Positions 11,581 through 24,737 of a DNA stretch of 64,000 nt are shown here, piece by piece (within the stretch, counting starts at the first letter, position 1; each line of letters opens with the position of its first letter). Both the position numbers and the translations under genes were made by a program. The notes beneath the pieces are model-generated. The model had not been told where the DNA came from and made no database searches. It was given only the letters and a program-made list of their open reading frames with translations. Source of the stretch: Mobula hypostoma (lineage: Eukaryota); NCBI RefSeq assembly GCF_963921235.1, contig NC_086108.1:682001-746000 (forward strand). Reading direction: 5' to 3'.

Positions 11581-14500
11581 CAATGCCTCTAATGTACTTA
11601 ATGAATACTTTGCTTCAGTATTCACTACGAAAAAGGATCTTGGCGATTGTAGGGATGACTTACAGTGGACTGAAAAGCTTGAGCATGTAGATATTCAGGA
11701 AGAGGATGTGCTGGAGCTTTTGGAAAGGATCAAGTTGGGACCAGGCTACTGTGGGAAGTTAGGGAGGAGATTGCTGAGCCTCTGGCGATGTTGTTTGCAT
11801 CATCAATGGGGATGAGAGAGGTTCTGGAGGATTAGAGGGTTGCGGATGTTGTTCCCTTATTCAAGAAAGGGAGTGGAGATAGCCCAGGAAATTATAGACC
11901 AGTGAGTCTTAAGTGGTTGGTAAGTTGATGGAGAAGATCCTGAGAGGCAGGATTTATGAACATTTGGAGAGGCATAATATGATTAGGAATAGTCAGCATG
12001 GCTTTGTCAAAGGCAGGTTGTGCCTTACGAGCCTGATTGAATTTTTTGAGGATGTGACTAAACACATTGATGAAGGAAGAGCAGTAGATGTAGTGTATAT
12101 GGATTTTAGCAAGGCATTTGATAAGGTACCCCATGCAAGGCTTATTGAGAAAGTAAGGAGGCATGGGATCCAAGGGGACATTACTTTGTGGATCCAGAAC
12201 TGGCTTGCCCACAGAAGGCAAAGGGTGGTTGTAGACAGGTCATATTCTGCATGGAGGTCGGTGACCAGTGGTGTGCCTCAGGGATCTGTTCTTGGACCCC
12301 TACTCTTGGTGATTTTTATAATTGACCTGGATGAGGAAGTGGAGGGATGGGTTTGTAAATTTGCCGTTGACACAAAGGTTGGAGGTGTTGTGGATAGTGT
12401 GGAGGGCTGTCAGAGGTTACAGTGGGACATTGATAGGATGTAAAACTGGGCTGAGAAGTGGCAGATGGAATTCAGCCCAGATAAGTGTGAGATGGTTCAT
12501 TTTGGTAGGTCAAATATGATGGCAGAATTTAGTATTAATGGTAAGACTCTTGGCAGAGTGGAGGATCAGAAGGATTTTGGGATACTAGTCCATGGAACAC
12601 TCAAGGCTGTTGTGCAGGTTGGCTCTGTGGATAAGAAGGCATATGGTGCATTTACCTTCATCAATCGTGGGATTGAGTTTAGGAGCCAAGAGGTAATGTT
12701 TCAGCTCTATAGGACCCTGGTCAGACCCCACTCGGAGTACTGTGCTCAGTTCTGGTCGCCTCACTACAGGAAGGATGTGGAAACCATAGAAAGGGTGCAG
12801 AGGAGATTTATAAGGATGTTGCCTGGATTGGGAAGCAAGCCTTATGAGAATAGGTTGAGTGAACTTGGCCTTTCCTCCTTGGAGCGACAGAGGATGAGAA
12901 GTGACCTGATAGAGGTGCACAAGATGATGAGAGGCATTGATTGTCTGGATAGTCAGAGACTTTGTCCCAGGGCTGAAATGGCTAGCACGAGAGGGCACAT
13001 TTTTAAGGTGCTTGGAAGTAGGTACAGAGGAGATGTCAGGAGTAAGTTTTTTACACAGAGAGTGGTGAGTGCATGGAATGGGCTGCCGGCGACTGTGTTG
13101 GAGGCAGATACGATAGGGTCTTTTAAGAGACTCTTGGATAGGTACATGGAGCTTTGAAAACTAGAGGGCTGTGGGTAACCCTTAATAATTTCTGAGGGTT
13201 TGGCACAGCTTTGTGGGCCAAAGGGCCTGTATTATGCTGTAGGTTTTCTATGTTTCTATTAGAAGTGTTCATTACCCTTAGAAGTTTTCATGTTTTATTG
13301 TTTTGCAGCATTAAATCACAATGGATTTAATTTGGCTTTTTTGACACATCAACAGAAACAACTGTCATGTCAAAGTGAAAACAGATCTTTACAAAGTGAT
13401 ATAAATTAATAACAAACATAAAACACAAAAATAATTGACTCGGTAATTGATTCTCTCCCTTCAAGTCAATATTTAGTAGATGCACCTTTGGTAGCAATTA
13501 CAGCCTTGAGTCTGTGTGGATAGGTCTCTATCAGCTTTGCACATCTGGACACTACAATTTTTCCCCATTCTTCTTTACAAAAGTGCTCAAGCTCTGTCAG
13601 ATTGGTTGGGGATTGTGAATAAACAGCCTTTTTCAAGTCCAGCCACAAATTCTTAATTGGATTGAGGTCTGGACTCTGACTTGGCCACTCTGGAACATTA
13701 ATTTTGTTGGTTTTAAGCCATTTCTGTGTAGCTCTGGCTTTCTGCTTGGGGTCATTGTCTTGGTGGAAAACAAATCTCCTCACAAGTCGTAGTTTTTCGT
13801 AGACTACATCATGTTTTCCTCCAGGATTTCCCTGTGTTTTGCTGCATTCATTTTACCCTCTACCTTCACAAGCCTTCCAGGGCCTGCTACAGTGAAGCAT
13901 CCCCACAACATGATACAGCCACCACCATGCTTCGTGGTAGGGATGGTGTCTTTTTGATAATGTGTGGTGTTTGGCTTACGCCAAACATACATTTCGTCTG
14001 ATGGGCAGAAAAGCTCAATTTTGGTTTCATCGGACCACCGAACCTTCTTTCAGCTAACTTCAGAGTCTCTCATATGCCTTCTGGCAAATTCTAGCTGAGA
14101 TTTCATGTGAGTTTTTCCAACAGTGGCTTTCTTTTTGCCACTCTCCCATAAAGCTGTGACTGGTGAAGCACCTGTGCACCAGTTGTTGTATGTGCAGGCT
14201 CTCCCATCTCAGCCACTGAAGCTTGTAACTCTTTCAGAATTGTCATAGGTTTCTAGGGGGCCTATCTCACTGGTCCCTTTTTGCACAATCACTCAGTACT
14301 TGAGGCCGGCCTGCTCTAGGCAGATTTACAGCTGTGCCATATTCTTTCCATTTCTTGATGATTGACTTAACTGTACTCCAGGGGATATTCAGTGACTTTG
14401 AAATTTTCTTGTATCTATCTCCTGACTTGTGCTTTTCAATAACCTTTTCATGGAGTTGCTTGGAGTGTTCTTTTGCCTCGATGGTGTAGTTTTTGCCAGG

Positions 14501-14869
14501 ATACTGTCTCACCAACAGTTGGACCTTCCAGATAAGTGTATTTTTACTACAATCAGTTGAAACACCCTGACTGCACGATGATCTCCATTTAACTAATTAT
14601 GTGACTTCTAAAACCAATTGTCTGCACCAGTGATGATTTGATGTGTCATATTAAAGGGGGTGAATACTTATGCAATCAATTATTTTGTGTTTTATGGTTG
14701 TATTTAATTTAAATCACTTTGTAGAGATCTTTTTTCACTTTGACACAAGGGTCTTTTTTTCTGTTGATCAGTGTCAAAAAAAAAGCCAAATTAAAGCCAC
14801 TGATTCAATATTGTAAAACAATAAAACATGAAAACTTCCAATAGGCATGAAATCTTTTTCTAGGTACTG
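11581..14869 (-). mobile_element. Tc1-like DNA transposon (DD34E family), decayed; main body 13259-14869
   Basis: Transposase fragments 14267-14515 (paired-like HTH), 13804-13992 ([13 protein letters not shown]), 13466-13783 (QDNDPK, WPSQSPDLNPIKNLW, catalytic E changed to K); about 200-bp inverted termini 13259-13465 vs 14655-14869; TA at both ends. Confidence 0.92.
11592..13258 (+). mobile_element. CR1 LINE, 5'-truncated, inserted inside the left TIR of a Tc1 element
   Basis: ORFs 11913-12443 (QHGFVKGR, DFSKAFDKV, GVPQGSVLGP) and 12465-13157; tail ttttctatgtttcta ending 13258. Confidence 0.95.
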
Positions 14870-14873
14870 TATA

Positions 14874-15880
14874 CAGGTTTCCCCCACCATCCGAAGGTAG
14901 AGTGTTCCTATGAAACGGTTTGTAAGCCGGAATGTCGTAAAGCGAAGAAGCAATTACCATTTATTTATATGGAAAAATTTTGTGAGCGTTCACAGACCCA
15001 AAAATAACCTACCAAATCATGCCAAATAACACATAAAACTTAAAATAACAGTAACATATAGTAAAAGCAGGAATGATACAGCCTATATAAAGTAGCCGAA
15101 TGCCGATTGCATCGCCTCTGATCTGGGCCGACAGTTATGTGTCGGGCGGCACCTAATTAATTAGCTTGTTTATTTCGGCTTTTTTCTTAAAGATGTGCTG
15201 TGTGCTTCCCGGCTACCGCTGCATTCTCCGTGAATCGGTATCTGTCCGCGGCCTGGGGGTTGGGGTGGTGGGACACTGGGGTGTCATCTCGTCGTCGTCT
15301 GTTTCCATTAGGGCAGGCAGCTCATCTTCTCCTATGACTGCCCGCCTCGATGTCGAAGGACGAGGTTCGTCGTCTGCTGTGGCTGATATGCAAGGCTTGC
15401 TTGACTGCTGAGCCTCGTGCATTTTTCTATCATACAGTTCTTTGTAAGCACTCAAACCATCCTGCAAATATCCCCTAAACCGACATACCCTTTCAAAATT
15501 AAAGTCGTACTTTATCATTGCAGTGAAAATCTCACGTAGTTGCTTCACGTTCAGTTCGCTACTGCATTCGGTTTCGATTGTTATCCTTTCCTCTTCCAAT
15601 TGCATCGGCTCTTCATCTATCAGTTCTTGGTCATGGGATGCCAAAACCTCTTCAACATCATCTTTGTCAACTTCCACAAGCCGAACTCACTTTGTCCTTG
15701 CTTCGTTCATCACGATCGAAATGCTTAATTGTGTATAGTTTTACACTAAGTGTAACACCCTTACGAGCTCTTTCAGGCTTTTCCGATACTTTAGAACTCA
15801 TCTTGCTAACGGCTGCTCACAGGCATGTGTTTAAGCAATGCCGGTGAGAATGCAGTTCCGAATCCGGGGGGAGCGGCTGT
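14874..15880 (-). mobile_element. Tigger/pogo-family internal-deletion derivative
   Basis: TA-CAGGTTTCCCCC terminus; minus strand encodes an N-terminal piece MSSKVSEKPERARKGVTLSVKLYTIK joined to a Tigger1-like acidic C-terminus (EVDKDDVEEVLASHDQEL...YKELYDRK, ORF 15213-15677); DDE domain absent. Confidence 0.8.
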
Positions 15881-16003
15881 TCTGCATTTAGCACCTATAT
15901 CTAACCATCAAGAATATGCCAGTAAGTCATTATAGCTATTTGGTACACCTAAGTAGATTGCGGAGTTGTTTCAGAGAGGAGTTAAGAGGTGTTCACGTTA
16001 CGG

Positions 16004-16207
16004 TAGACCTTCCCCAGGTTACAGCAGGATTCCATTGCTGTGAACTGTTCATAACGTGGACAGTTTGCAAGTCAGAGATGCAGCCACAAATCTCCGTACC
16101 CATGAGGCAGAAGGTGCCTGCAGCTTCACAGCAGCCAGCAACTCCTCCCAACACTGATCCATATATGGGCTGTATGTAGCTGAGTGTTCATAAACTGGGA
16201 AGACCTG
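16004..16207. mobile_element. Small Tigger-type MITE, degenerate
   Basis: Imperfect TIRs agaccttccccaggttac ... cataaactgggaagacctg-TA. Confidence 0.55.
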
Positions 16208-16790
16208 TATGATTGGGTTGAGTTGTTCTCTAATATTGGAAACTTACTTGCCAACATTTTGTCACCATATGAGGAGACACCATCAGTGTGCTGTTAATTG
16301 TGACATGTCCTCTGAATACTTGGCCCTTATATACTTTTCAATCAACTAGTTGGACATCAATTTGAAAACTCAGTTGTGATGTAGGGAGGAAATCTCATCG
16401 CTGATTGTTTGTGTGGCGAACTTTGTGCATTGTGCTCAGGAGTTTTGCCCAAATTGGTTCATAAATAGGACCGAGGTCTAAATGTTTGTTTACCAGAATT
16501 GTTCATGGAAAACCACATTTCTCGAAATTCTGTTGCATGCCAGGCGTTCACTTGTGCCATGACTTTCACTGACACTCGGTTGAAATAATGCCCGTTCGAT
16601 CTTCGTGGATAGAGACAGGGGAGAGTTGGTCATGCTGCTTCACAGCCAGTTGATGTTCACGAATCCTTGTGGAAAGTTTTCTCCCAGTTCGGTTGACGTA
16701 ATATTTGCTGCACAGTGACAAAACATTGCCAAGTAAATTGCCAAGATCGGAGAACTCAACCCAACCATCAACCACTCAAGCTACACATCT
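16208..16790 (-). mobile_element. Penelope-like element (second family), GIY-YIG fragment with inverted terminal copy
   Basis: ORF 16566-16775 includes CSKYYVNRTGRKLSTRIREHQLAV (GIY-YIG endonuclease); 16715-16770 is an inverted copy of 16208-16265. Confidence 0.75.
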
Positions 16791-17189
16791 TCCAGACCTG
16801 TATGAATTTGAACTTGCAAGTAGTTCAGACCTGGGTGCAAACAGCAAACTCTAACTGAGTTTCAGAAACTGATGTCTCAGCTTCTTTCTAGAAAAAGAGT
16901 AACTCTACTTCTTTCTGGAAAAATGTTTGGGTACGCCCGTTGTTTCTACATTCTCCTGCCCTACTGAGCTCATACCTTGGCTCTGTTTTGTTCCTCCCTC
17001 CCCCTCCAGCTCAGTTCCTTCACACCTAGATTCTTGATACTTCACACACTCTTGATCTCTTCAGTCACTTTAAGTTCCTTGGCATTGAACACTCCCATTT
17101 TCATTATGAAATCTGGTCCTTAAATACTTCTGTCCCCCATCAGGAAGCCATAAAGCCCTTCACTTCTTTCTTGAAAAGGTGGCATGAAC

Positions 17190-17580
17190 ATTGCTTTCTA
17201 TAACTTTTGGTAATCTCTTTTTCCATTCTCCATTCTGGTTCGCCTCTTACCCCTCTCACCTGCCTATCTCCCTCTGGTGCCCCTCTTCTCTTCTGCCATG
17301 ATTCGCTCTCCCCTCCTATCAGATTCCTCCTTCAGCCTTACCTTTTCCACCTATCCCCCTCCCAGCTTCTTATTTCACCCTCTCTCCCCCACCATCCCAC
17401 TTTCCCCCTTACTGGATTTCACCTTTCATCGCCCCTTGCTTCATATCCTCATTCTGGTTTCTTTCCCCTTCCTCTCCAGTCCTGATGAAGGTTCTTGGCC
17501 GGAAATGTCACTTGTCTCTTCCCCTCCAGAGACGCTGCCTGACCTGCTAAGTTTCTCCAGCATCTGCACAATCTCTGGTG
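17190..17580 (+). mobile_element. Penelope-like 3' terminus (pyrimidine-rich UTR plus hammerhead-bearing end)
   Basis: Colinear with the reverse complement of 43457-43880; contains CTGATGA...GAAATGTC and gacgctgcctgacctgct...ccagcat. Confidence 0.75.
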
Positions 17581-17739
17581 TTCATAAACTGAATGTGTGT
17601 TTTCATGATTGTTCAGTACTAGATCATCACCAGTAATGATGCCAGAATTATTTAATTAACTCCCCAGTTTCCATAGATCTTAATTAATGCAGGTTTACGG
17701 TGGATTGCTAGTTCAATGATGTCACTGCTATGCTGTCAT

Positions 17740-18532
17740 GGAACACAGAATACAGGAACAGGCTGTTTGGCCTGCAGTGATGTGCCAACCCAGCTAAAAA
17801 GCAAATGAAAAATACCCAAATGCTAATCCCTTCTACGTACACCATGTCCATATCCCTCCATTCCCCTTACATCCATGAGCCCATCCAAATGTCTCTTAAA
17901 TGCTTTCAATGTATTTGCCTCTACCAGCCTACCAGGCAGCACATTCCAAGGGTCCACCACTCTGAGTTAAAAAATTTACCCCTCACATCCCCCTTGAACC
18001 TACCCCCTCTCACCTTCAAAGCATTCCCTCTGGTATTAGACATTTCAACCCTGGGAAACAGATACTCCCTGCCCACTCCATACCTTTCATAATCTTGTAA
18101 ACCTCTATCATCTCCCTTCAGCCTCCAACGCTTCAGAGAAGACAACCCAATTTTATCCAGCCTCTCATGATTGCATGTGCCCTCTAAGCCAGGCAGCATC
18201 CTGGTGAACCTCTCCTGCACCCTCTCCAAAGCCTCAACATCCTCCCTGTAGTGGGGCAACCAGAACTCTTTGCAATATTCCAGATTTACTGTGGCCTAAC
18301 CAGAGTTCTATAACCTCCTGACTTTTGAACTCACTGCTTCCGCTAGTAAAAGCAAGTATTGCATAAGACGTCTTAACCACCTTATCAACCTGTGTAGCCA
18401 CTTTCAATGAGTTACAAACGTATCCCAAGATCTTTCTGCTCAGCAGCACTGTTAACGACCTTACCCTAAGCAGTGTATTGTCCCCTTGTATTTTTCCTAC
18501 TGAGGTGAAACACCTCACAATTATCTGGGTTA
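17740..18532 (-). mobile_element. CR1 LINE 3' fragment
   Basis: ORFs 17921-18259 (PHYREDVEALERVQERFTRMLPGL) and 18234-18518. Confidence 0.88.
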
Positions 18533-20194
18533 AAACCAGAATTACTGTGGATTACTACTGTTGAAATCAGTGGTATCGCTGTTTTGATGTCCTATTTTCC
18601 TTTTTTTAATTTGCTTTCTTCTATTCCATCTCTTTATAATCCACCCTTTGGCTCTGCATGTTCAGAGGCCGAAGGAGTGGTGTCTTTGTAACTGCAGCTG
18701 CTTTACAAGCTTTGGCCCATCCCTTGCCCTTCAATGCAAAGCCATCTCCAATGTTGCATTGAGTGAGACAGAATGATTTGGGGAGGGCTGTTCTGCTTAC
18801 AGGTCCTGGCGGAATGAAATGGGCCTCTGATGGAAAGGGCCTGGGAAGGAATAGGCTGAAAGAGGTGATGAGTTTTAATACCAGCAAGTGAGGGTTTCAG
18901 AAAGGAGACATGCTTTAGGAGAAATAAATATCCTAAATAAAAACTTTTAGGAACCTGTTTTGGTGAGGGGCTGGGCTTGGTGGGGGGGGGGAGGTTAGTG
19001 CTTCTGCCGGCACGGGTGGGGGTGGAAGGAGAGTTTGCTTGTGCAAAGGGAAGGGGGCTTCGGAGCTTTGAAGTTTCTGTCATTCTATGGGGTTTTGTTT
19101 TCTGGATCTGCGAAGGGTACGAATTGTATGAATTTCAGGTTTACTGTATAATTACTCTGATACTAAAATATACTTTGAAACTTTGATCCTTTACATAAGA
19201 TCATGACTGAACTGTATTAATCTTTATGCCACATACCCTGGCTTTGCATGGTGCCCAAATATTAATCAGTCTTGTTTTTGACTGATCACCTGCAGTCTTC
19301 TGGGTTAGAGAATCACACAGATTCACAGATCTCTCTGTAAAGAAATGTTTCCTCACCTCTGTTCTGATGGTCTACCCTTTATCCTGAGAATGTGGCTCTA
19401 TTTTTAGATTGAAAGAAGCTTGCAGTTAATTTTTAATGAGGTCACTGCTGATTCTTGTAAACTCCGAACGATATGCTTGTGTAACACTGCTAGGATAGAT
19501 ACCTGATCCGCAGACAGATATTGATGCGAGGCCTCCTCAGATATCTTGTGCCTTTGTCGGACTCACTCATCTGTGAGATAAAGCTACTTCAACCCAGCCG
19601 CCAATGAGGTCATGGAAACCAGACCTAATGCAAGCAGAAAGTTTCAGTCCATTAACCTCAGGTCATTATCACACACACTCAGAAAAAGAGCAGTTAGACT
19701 ATACTCACTCAACCTTCTTTCTGGATCCTCACAATAGGGTGTCATCATTGCCATTATGTGCCATATCATATGACGTAGGCAGTTTTGGTCTTTCCATGAT
19801 GGTTCTTGACAAATTTTGCTATGGAAGTGGTTAGCCATTGCCTTCTTCTGGGCAGTGCCTTTACAAGATGGGTGACCCCAGCCATTATCAATACTCTTTA
19901 GAGATTGTCTGCCTGGCGTCTATGGTCATATAACCAGGGCTTGTGATGCACCAGGTGCTCAAACAACCATCTACCACCTGCTCCCGTGGTTTCACGTGAC
20001 CCTGATTGGTGGGAGGAGGATAACCTTGCTCAAGGGTGACAAAGGGCACCTTGCATCTCCTTTGGTAGAGACACATCTCCACCCGACACCCAAGTAGGGT
20101 GTCAGGGTTGATAATAATAGAGATGATAAGAATTTCAACAGGTAAAGGAGGAAGTATCTGTAGGAAAATATTTTGCGAGAAGTTAAACATATTC

Positions 20195-21500
20195 CATAGA
20201 ACATTACTGCACAGTACAAGCCCCTTGGCCCACGATGCTGTGCTGACATTTTAATCTACTCTTAAGATCAATCTAACCCTTCTACGTTACTTTCCATTTT
20301 TCTATCATCTGTGTGCCTATCCAAGAGTTTCTGAAATGTTCCTAATGTATCTGTGACCACCACCAGCCTTGACAGGGTGTTACAAACATCCACTACTCTG
20401 TGTAAAAGAAAACTACCTCTGACACCTCCCCTCCCCCCACCATACTTTGTTCCAATCACCTTAAAATTGTGTCCCCTCATATTAGCCAATTACGCCCTGG
20501 GAAAAAATCTCTGGCTGTCCACTTGATCTGTGCCTCTTATCATCTTGTACGTATACCTCTATTAAGTCGCATCATATCCTCCTTCACTCCAAAGAGAAAG
20601 CCCAAGTTTTCCTCAGCGGATATGCTCTTTAGAGTGGGGAATCTGTGGAATTCATTGTTGCATGGTGGCTGTAAAGGCCAAGTTATTGGATATATTTAAG
20701 ACAGAAGTTGAGAGACAATAGGTGCAGGAGTAGGCCATTCGGCCCTTCGAGCTAGCATTGCCATTCGGCCCTTTGAGCCAGCATCGCCATTCGCTGTGAT
20801 CATGGCTGATCATCCAATATCAGTAGCCTGTTCCTGCCTTCTCCCAATATACCTTGACTCCGCTATCTTTAAGAGCTCTATCTAACTCTTTCTTGAAAGA
20901 ATCCAGAGAATTGGCCTCCATTGCCTTCTGAGGCAGAGCATTCCACAGATCACAACCCTCTGTGTGAAAAAGTTTTTCCTCAACTCCGTTCTAAATGGCC
21001 TACCCCTTATTCTGAAACTGTGGCCTCTGGTTCTGGACTCCCCCAACATCGGGAACATGTTTCCTGCCTCTAGTGTGTCCAGTCCCTTAATAATCATATA
21101 TGTTTCAATCAGATCCCCTCACATCCTTCTAAATGCCAGTGTATACAAGCCCAGTCGCTCCAATCTTTCAACATATGACAGTCCCTCCATCCCGGGAATT
21201 AACCCAGTGAACCTATGCTGCACTCCCTCAATAGCAAGAATGTCCTTCCTCAAATTTGGAGACCAAAACTGCACACAGTACTCCAGATGGGGTCTCACCA
21301 GGGCCCTGTACAACTGCAGAAGGACCTCTTTGCTCCTATACTCAACTCCCCTTGGTTCTTGATTAGTCGGTGTGAAGGGATGCATGGACAAGGCAGAAGA
21401 TTGAGGCTGAGAGGGAAAATGAATCAGTCATGGTTAAATAGTGAAGCAGGGTAAATGGGCCAAAAGGCCTTATTCTGCTCCTATATCTTATGGTCTTATG
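20195..21500. mobile_element. CR1 fragment cluster: 20195-20610(-), and a + strand 3' end (20625-20710 / 21353-21500) split by a - strand CR1 (20711-21352)
   Basis: ORFs 20268-20489, 20882-21097, 21119-21391 (LYRALVRPHLEYCVQFWSPNLRKD); CR1 tails at 20195, 20715 and 21500. Confidence 0.85.
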
Positions 21501-22279
21501 ATCTAATTCAGACAGCATCTCGGTAAATTGTCAGAGTTGGAGAATTTCGTTAATGAGCCAGGAGTAGTTGGCCTGGGGTCATTTTCTTTGGAAAAGAACA
21601 GGCTGTTGGAGGACTAAAGCAGGTGTATCGCAAACTTGCCTTTTCGTCAAGGCACTGAGTTCAAGAGGCAAAAAGTTATGTTATTAAATAATAAATGTAC
21701 AGTAGGTTGCAGTTTTAAATTTGGTTTGGCAACATTTGGAGTATTGCATTTAGTTCCGGTTTTTCCAGTATGGGAAAGATGTGGAGGCCTTGGGGAGGAT
21801 GCAGAAGAGGTTCAGCACGATGCTGCCTGGATTATTGAGCTAGTTCAGGCTTCTCGGCTCTTGAACCATAGCAAGTACACAGCCCAGTACTATTTAAATC
21901 TGACAGCTTCCTATAATTCTTTCAGGTGATGTAGTCTGGCTCTTCACCATGCTTTGCATGGAGAAGACACCTTCAACTCCCATGAGCATTTACTGTAAGG
22001 AGAGGTTGACAAATTTCAGTTATTTCTTTTGGAGTGCTGGAGGCTGATGCGAAACTTGATAGAGGTTTATCAAATGATGAGAGGCATAGATAGAATAGGT
22101 GGCCAATATCTTTTTCCCAGGGTCAAAATATCTAACACTAGAGGGCATGTCTTTAGGGTGAAAGGGGTTAAGTGCATGAGAGATAGGCAGAGCAGGTTTT
22201 TAATACAGAGAATTGTAGGTGTCTGGGATGAGCTGCCTGAGGTTGATGGTGAAAGCAGATGCAATAGATCCTCCCATTT

Positions 22280-22616
22280 AAGATGGCACTGGCAAATCGT
22301 ACGGCCAGATTTGGGAACAGCTTCTTTCCAACTGTGATAAGACTGCTGAAGGGATCCTGACCCGGATGTGGGCCGTACCCTCCATATATCCGGACCTGCC
22401 TCTCGGTTTTTTTGCACTACCTTACTTCCCATTTTTCTATTTTCTATTTATGATTTATTATTTAACTTTTTAATATTTGCTAATTTAAACTATTTTTAAT
22501 ATTTAATATTTGTAATCCAGGGAGTGTGAAGCGCAGAATCAGATATCGCTCTGATGATTGTAGGTTCTAGTACCAATTGTTTGGCGACAATAAAGTATAA
22601 AGCATAAAGTATAAAA
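22280..22616 (+). mobile_element. Rex1/Babar 3' end inserted in an older CR1 (21640-22279, continuing about 23435-23597)
   Basis: Encodes ALANRTARFGNSFFPTVIRLL; ends GACAATAAAGTATAAAGCATAAAGTATAAA. Confidence 0.7.
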
Positions 22617-22809
22617 TCTCAGTGACTTCTGGCTGGTGGCTAACGAAACAAAGAAAACAACTAAATATGTTGTTAATCATACTTTTTCTGACAAACAATC
22701 ATCATAAGCAATAGCCTGTAACTTCTGTTTAGACTTGGGGGTAATTTGATGTGACAGGACCAAGGCGAGGTGAGTCAGTAGGCCCATTGCCGAAAGCAAG
22801 GAAGACCCG

Positions 22810-23075
22810 ATGTTTGGACGACGACTTAAGTGCCAAGCTGAATTGGAAAGGTCAGGTACAGGTCGAATTGAGGTGGCGGAGTCCAGGCATCAGAGCCTAT
22901 CAAAGCGACTGAACCCAATGTTTGGGTGACAATTTAAGCACCAAACTGAATCGGAAAGGCCAGGTACAGGCCAAACTGAGGCAGCAGGGTCCAGGCACCA
23001 GAGCCTGTCAAAGCGACTGAACCCAATGTTTGGATGACGATTTGAGCACCAGGCCAGATTGAAAAGGTCAGGGTG
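22810..23075 (+). repeat. Tandem repeat, about 2.4 copies of a 108-bp unit, inside a non-coding Rex1-tailed element (about 22620-23422)
   Basis: ATGTTTGG recurs at 22810, 22918, 23026; shared block CCAGGCAYCAGAGCCTRTCAAAGCGACTGAACCCAATG. Confidence 0.85.
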
Positions 23076-24404
23076 AAGGGACCGAGGCGAGGGTCAGGCC
23101 AGTTCAGCTCGCTGCTGGGCTCTGTGCTGAACTAAGGGTGTGTGGACAAGCTCCCTTTGTAGACTTCAGTTCAGAATGCTCCTTGCTTGTGCTTGTTGTT
23201 TGCATGATTTGTTTCTTTTCTCTGCACATTGACTTTTCTTCAGTCTTTTCTTCATGGGTTCTTTTGAGTTTCGAAGCTGGCATAAGCACCGGCCTGATGG
23301 GCCACAAGGCTTGTGACAGACTTTAAAAAATTTAATCTTCTGAGTTTTGTTGTTTCATGGCTGCCTGTCAGGATATGAATCTCAAGGTCATGTAGTGTAT
23401 GCATATTGTGATAATAAACACTTCAGTCAAAGTTCAAAGTGTAAGTGGCTGTTACATAGGCACATGACTATACAGCGAATGGAGGGACTTGTGTAGCAGA
23501 ATGAGCTTGTTTAGTTAGGTATTAAATTATGACTTTAATTAGTTTGGCACATCATGGGCTGAAGCAGCTGCTCCTGTACTGTGTTGTTCTACGTTTAATT
23601 AAGGTGTGCAAAACTAAGCGATCATAACAGACAGTATAGGTATCTCTTTCCCATAGATGCTGCCTGGCCTGATGAGTTCCTCCAGTATTTTGTGTGTGTT
23701 ATACCTATAGATAGGGCTTATAATAGGGCTCATTCTAGCAGAGAGGATGGCAATGAGCAGTAGGTTTCAATGTAGGAGCATTAGATGGGAGTTGAAGGTG
23801 TTTTCTCCATTCAGAGGATGGAGCCAGACTACACCACCTGAAAGAATTATAGGAGCTGTCAGATTTAAATAGTACAGGGTTGAGCACTTGGTGTCTTTTA
23901 AACTGCTGAGAAGCCTGAACTGCCTCAATGGGCTGAATGGCCTTCTTTAAAGAAATAGTGTTGCATCCTTGAATATTATTCTTTATGATGTGAGTTGCAG
24001 TGAAGCCAGCACCAAAACCAAGTTTAAACGGGTTAATATTTCTGCTGTAAAAATGCCATTAAATTTCTACTCAATCAATAGAAAGGAGTAATTTTTCTTT
24101 TTCCAAAGGATGCTCTGGGAAAGTATTTTGAGTGAAGTTGAAGTTTAAAGTGAATTCTCTGCTTGAATGGAAGTTTGAACTGTCTATTTGATTGTGTTTC
24201 AGAACTTTTGTAGTCTAGAAATAAAGATGAGACTTTTCTGTGTTCTGGGTCCTTAAATAACTAATTATAGAATAACTTCCCTGATCAGCACTTCGCTGTA
24301 TGTGACACACATAAAATGCTGGAGGAACTCAGCAAGTCAGGCAGTGTCTGGAGGGGAATAAACGGTCAACGTTGTGGGCCAGTAATTTTTATTCAACAAC
24401 ATAA

Positions 24405-24737
24405 GTATTGGAGATTCTGTAGATGCTGAAAATCCAGAGTATAATACAGAAAATGCTGGAGAACTCAACAGGTCAGGCAGCATCTATGGAGAGGAATAAA
24501 GAGTCGATGTTTCTGGTTAAGACCTTTCTTCAGGACTGGAAAGGAAGGTGGGAAGAGCCCAGGAGGGAAGGGAAGGAGTGAGAGCTGGCAGGTAATAGGA
24601 GGGAAGGTGGGTGTGTAGTGGAAGGCAGGATGAAGTGAGAAGCTGTGAGGTGATGGTGGAAAAGGAAAGCTCTTTATTCCTCTCCAAGAATGCTGCCTGA
24701 CCTGCTGAGTTCCTCCTGTTTTTTTGTGTGTGTTGCT
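24405..24737. mobile_element. Penelope-derived fold-back element (minus terminus with hammerhead, then inverted partial terminus); related pieces at 11392-11470, 23640-23700, 24305-24380
   Basis: aaatgctggagaactcaacaggtcaggcagcat (about 24451-24483) is inverted as atgctgcctgacctgctgagttcctcc (about 24690-24717). Confidence 0.75.

Noticed and set aside
18600..18895. Possible extra exon after a long pyrimidine tract
   Set aside because: The frames I checked hit stops and show no similarity to PPP1R37; no other support.
22810..23075. CRISPR-like array
   Set aside because: Whole units are repeated with no unique spacers, the context is eukaryotic, and there are no cas genes.
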